Made by a program: the position numbers and the translations under genes
Assembly: GCA_964016885.1 (NCBI GenBank)
Contig: OZ024750.1
Coordinates: 38,688,001-38,752,000, forward strand
Direction: 5' to 3'
DNA length: 64,000 bases
From: Eledone cirrhosa
Taxonomy: Eukaryota
The notes under the pieces: model-generated
What the model saw: the letters and a program-made list of their open reading frames with translations, nothing else
What the model was told of the DNA's origin: nothing
Database searches by the model: none
Part shown: positions 61,145 through 64,000 of the stretch, one piece after another
How positions within the stretch are numbered: position 1 is the stretch's first letter
Layout of the letters: each line of letters opens with the position of its first letter

Positions 61145-64000
61145 AGGACAGTGTCTAGTAATGTAGGTACTGGACAGTGTTTAGTAGTGTAGGTACAGGA
61201 CAGTGACTAGTAATGTAGGTACAGGACAGTGTCTAGTAGTGTAGGTACAGGACAGTGTCTAGTAATGTAGGTACAGGACAGTGTCTAGTAGTGTAGGTAC
61301 GGGACAGTGACTAGTAATATAGGTACAGGACAGTGTCTAGTAATGTAGGTACTTTACAGTGACTAGTAATGTAGGTACAGGACAGTGTCTAGTAGTGTAG
61401 GTACAGGACAGTGTCTAGTAATGTAGGTACAGGACAGTGTCTAGTAGTGTAGGTACAGGACAGTGACTAGTAATGTAGGTACAGGACAGTGTCTAGTAAT
61501 GTAGGTACTTGACAGTGACCAGTAATGTAGGTACAGGACAGTGTCTAGTAATGTAGGTACTTGACAGTGACTAGTAATGTAGGTACTGGACAGTGTCTAG
61601 TAGTGTAGGTACAGGACAGTGTCTAGTAATGTAGGTACAGGACAGTGTCTAGTAGTGTAGGTACAGGACAGTGACTAGTAATGTAGGTACAGGACAGTGT
61701 CTAGTAATGTAGGTACTTGACAGTGACTAGTAATGTAGGTACAGGACAGTGTCTAGTAATCTAGGTACTGGACAGTGTCTAGTAGTGTAGGTACAGGACA
61801 GTGTCTAGTAATGTAGGTACTGGACAGTGTCTAGTAGTGTAGGTACAGGACAGTGTCTAGTAATGTAGGTACAGGACAGTGTCTAGTAGTGTAGGTACAG
61901 GACAGTGTCTAGTAATGTAGGTACTGGACAGTGTCTAGTAATGTAGGTACAGCACAGTGACTAGTAATGTAGGTACAGGATAGTGTCTAGTAATGTAGGT
62001 ACAGGACAGTGACTAGTAATGTAGGTACAGGACAGTGTCTAGTAATGTAGGTACTTGACAGTGACTAGTAATGTAGGTACAGGACAGTGTCTAGTAATAT
62101 AGGTACTGGACAGTGTCTAGTAGTGTAGGTACAGGACAGTGTCTAGTAATGTAGGTACTGCACAATGTCTAGTAATGTAGGTACAGGACAGTGTCTAGTA
62201 ATGTAGGTACTGGACAGTGTCTAGTAATGTAGGTACTGGACAGTGTCTAGTAGTGTAGGTACAGGACAGTGACTAGTAATGTAGGTACAGGACAGTGTCT
62301 AGTAATATAGGTACTGGACAGTGTCTAGTAGTGTAGGTACAGGACAGTGACTAGTAATGTAGGTACTTGACAGTGACTAGTAATGTAGGTACAGGACAGT
62401 GTCTAGTAATGTAGGTACAGGACAGTGTCTAGTAATGTAGGTACAGGACAGTGACTAGTAGAGTACGTACAGGACAGTGACTAGTAGAGTACGTACAGGA
62501 CAGTGTCTAGTAGTGTAGGTACAGGACAGTGTCTAGTAATGTAGGTACAGGTCAGTGTCTAGTAGTGTAGGTACAGGACAGTGTCTAGTAATGTAGTTAC
62601 AGGACAGTGTCTAGTAATGTAGGTACAGGACAGTGTCTAGTAATGTAGGTACTGGACAGTGTTTAGTAGTGTAGGTACAGGACAGTGACTAGTAATGTAG
62701 GTACAGGACAGTGTCTAGTAGTGTAGGTACAGGACAGTGTCTAGTAATGTAGGTACAGGACAGTGTCTAGTAGTGTAGGTACAGGACAGTGACTAGTAAT
62801 ATAGGTACAGGACAGTGTCTAGTAATGTAGGTACTTGACAGTGACTAGTAATGTAGGTACAGGACAGTGTCTAGTAGTGTAGGTACAGGACAGTGTCTAG
62901 TAATGTAGGTACAGGACAGTGTCTAGTAGTGTAGGTACAGGACAGTGACTAGTAATGTAGGTACAGGACAGTGTCTAGTAATGTAGGTACTTGACAGTGA
63001 CCAGTAATGTAGGTACAGGACAGTGTCTAGTAATGTAGGTACTTGACAGTGACTAGTAATGTAGGTACTGGACAGTGTCTAGTAGTGTAGGTACAGGACA
63101 GTGTCTAGTAATGTAGGTACAGGACAGTGTCTAGTAGTGTAGGTACAGGACAGTGACTAGTAATGTAGGTACAGGACAGTGTCTAGTAATGTAGGTACTT
63201 GACAGTGACTAGTAATGTAGGTACAGGACAGTGTCTAGTAATCTAGGTACTGGACAGTGTCTAGTAGTGTAGGTACAGGACAGTGTCTAGTAATGTAGGT
63301 ACTGGACAGTGTCTAGTAGTGTAGGTACAGGACAGTGTCTAGTAATGTAGGTACAGGACAGTGTCTAGTAGTGTAGGTACAGGACAGTGTCTAGTAATGT
63401 AGGTACTGGACAGTGTCTAGTAATGTAGGTACAGCACAGTGACTAGTAATGTAGGTACAGGATAGTGTCTAGTAATGTAGGTACAGGACAGTGACTAGTA
63501 ATGTAGGTACAGGACAGTGTCTAGTAATGTAGGTACTTGACAGTGACTAGTAATGTAGGTACAGGACAGTGTCTAGTAATATAGGTACTGGACAGTGTCT
63601 AGTAGTGTAGGTACAGGACAGTGTCTAGTAATGTAGGTACTGGACAGTGTCTAGTAATGTAGGTACAGGACAGTGTCTAGTAATGTAGGTACTGGACAGT
63701 GTCTAGTAATGTAGGTACTGGACAGTGTCTAGTAGTGTAGGTACAGGACAGTGACTAGTAATGTAGGTACAGGACAGTGTCTAGTAATATAGGTACTGGA
63801 CAGTGTCTAGTAGTGTAGGTACAGGACAGTGACTAGTAATGTAGGTACTTGACAGTGACTAGTAATGTAGGTACAGGACAGTGTCTAGTAATGTAGGTAC
63901 AGGACAGTGTCTAGTAATGTAGGTACAGGACAGTGACTAGTAGAGTACGTACAGGACAGTGACTAGTAGAGTACGTACAGGACAGTGTCTAGTAGTGTAG
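61145..64000 (+). repeat. Second instance of the 1482-bp (57-unit) tandem duplication
   Basis: GACCAGT 61517/62999, AATCTAGG 61758/63240. Confidence 0.9.

Larger units (their letters stand above)
1..64000. repeat. 26-bp tandem satellite/minisatellite array, about 2,461.5 units, consensus GTCTAGTAATGTAGGTACAGGACAGT, truncated at both window ends
   Basis: Unit starts at 1, 27, 53, 79, 105, 131 and so on. A unit also starts at 63961 (63960 = 2460 x 26). Every line consists of the unit or a variant with 1-4 substitutions. No orientation switch or foreign insertion seen. Confidence 0.99.
47100..64000 (+). repeat. Large duplication: ~47100-54280 repeated at ~57030-64000 (offsets 9931, 9697, 9723)
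   Basis: TTAATAG 47217/57148 and GTAGAGAACG 47691/57622 (9931). CAAGTAG 49794/59491, ATGCAGG 50034/59731 and TAACGTA 50864/60561 (9697). GACCAGT 51794/61517 and 53276/62999 (9723). Each offset is whole units minus the 1-bp deletion near 54846. Confidence 0.9.

Noticed and set aside
1-64000. CRISPR array (repeat length in the CRISPR range, partial dyad)
   Set aside because: Units abut directly with no unique spacers, leader or cas genes.
1-64000. Repetitive protein ORF on the minus strand (TVLYLHY*TLSCTYITRHCPVPTLLD per three units, TAG being the only consensus stop)
   Set aside because: 26 is not a multiple of 3, so every frame meets TAG every 78 bp. Even with amber recoding, TTCAC and GGTCA variants add TGA, GTTTAG and TATTAAT variants add TAA, and no codon-position constraint is possible. 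The plus strand has TAG, TAA and TAG in every unit.
1-64000. Telomerase-made repeat (G-skewed strand; 23-26-bp telomeric units exist in budding yeasts)
   Set aside because: No match to a telomeric unit I recognise. Kilobase-scale duplication of variant order points to recombination-based amplification. A subtelomeric location is not excluded.
1-64000. Synthetic construct (dense CTAG, GTAC, ACTAGT and GACNNNGTC restriction sites)
   Set aside because: Scattered private mutations inherited through nested duplications look like natural array evolution, and there is no vector or marker sequence.
1-64000. Nucleosome-length higher-order unit (6 x 26 = 156 or 7 x 26 = 182 bp)
   Set aside because: No consistent 6- or 7-unit periodicity of variants seen; only one local 7-unit duplication at ~5451/5633.
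1-64000. G-quadruplex potential from the G skew
   Set aside because: Only two GG runs per unit with long loops, and GGG occurs only in rare variants.

Overview
All 64,000 bp are one uninterrupted, same-orientation tandem array of a 26-bp unit (consensus GTCTAGTAATGTAGGTACAGGACAGT; 8 G, 8 A, 7 T, 3 C; about 42% GC; no CpG), about 2,461.5 copies, running off both ends of the window. I found no unique sequence, CDS, RNA gene, transposon or CRISPR spacer. It looks like a eukaryotic satellite or very long minisatellite, but I cannot assign organism or family. The information lies in the order of variant units. A few common linked variants form a minisatellite-variant-repeat-like code. Rare variants reveal nested duplications from 3-16 units, through 52-104 units, to about 7 kb (left and centre) and about 9.4-9.9 kb (right). 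The variant set changes near 47 kb. Only six indel events were seen, and they fully account for the register at every point checked. I see no evidence for a new protein-coding system; the notable signals are structural. All coordinates were read by eye, so block boundaries are approximate (about 1-3 units).
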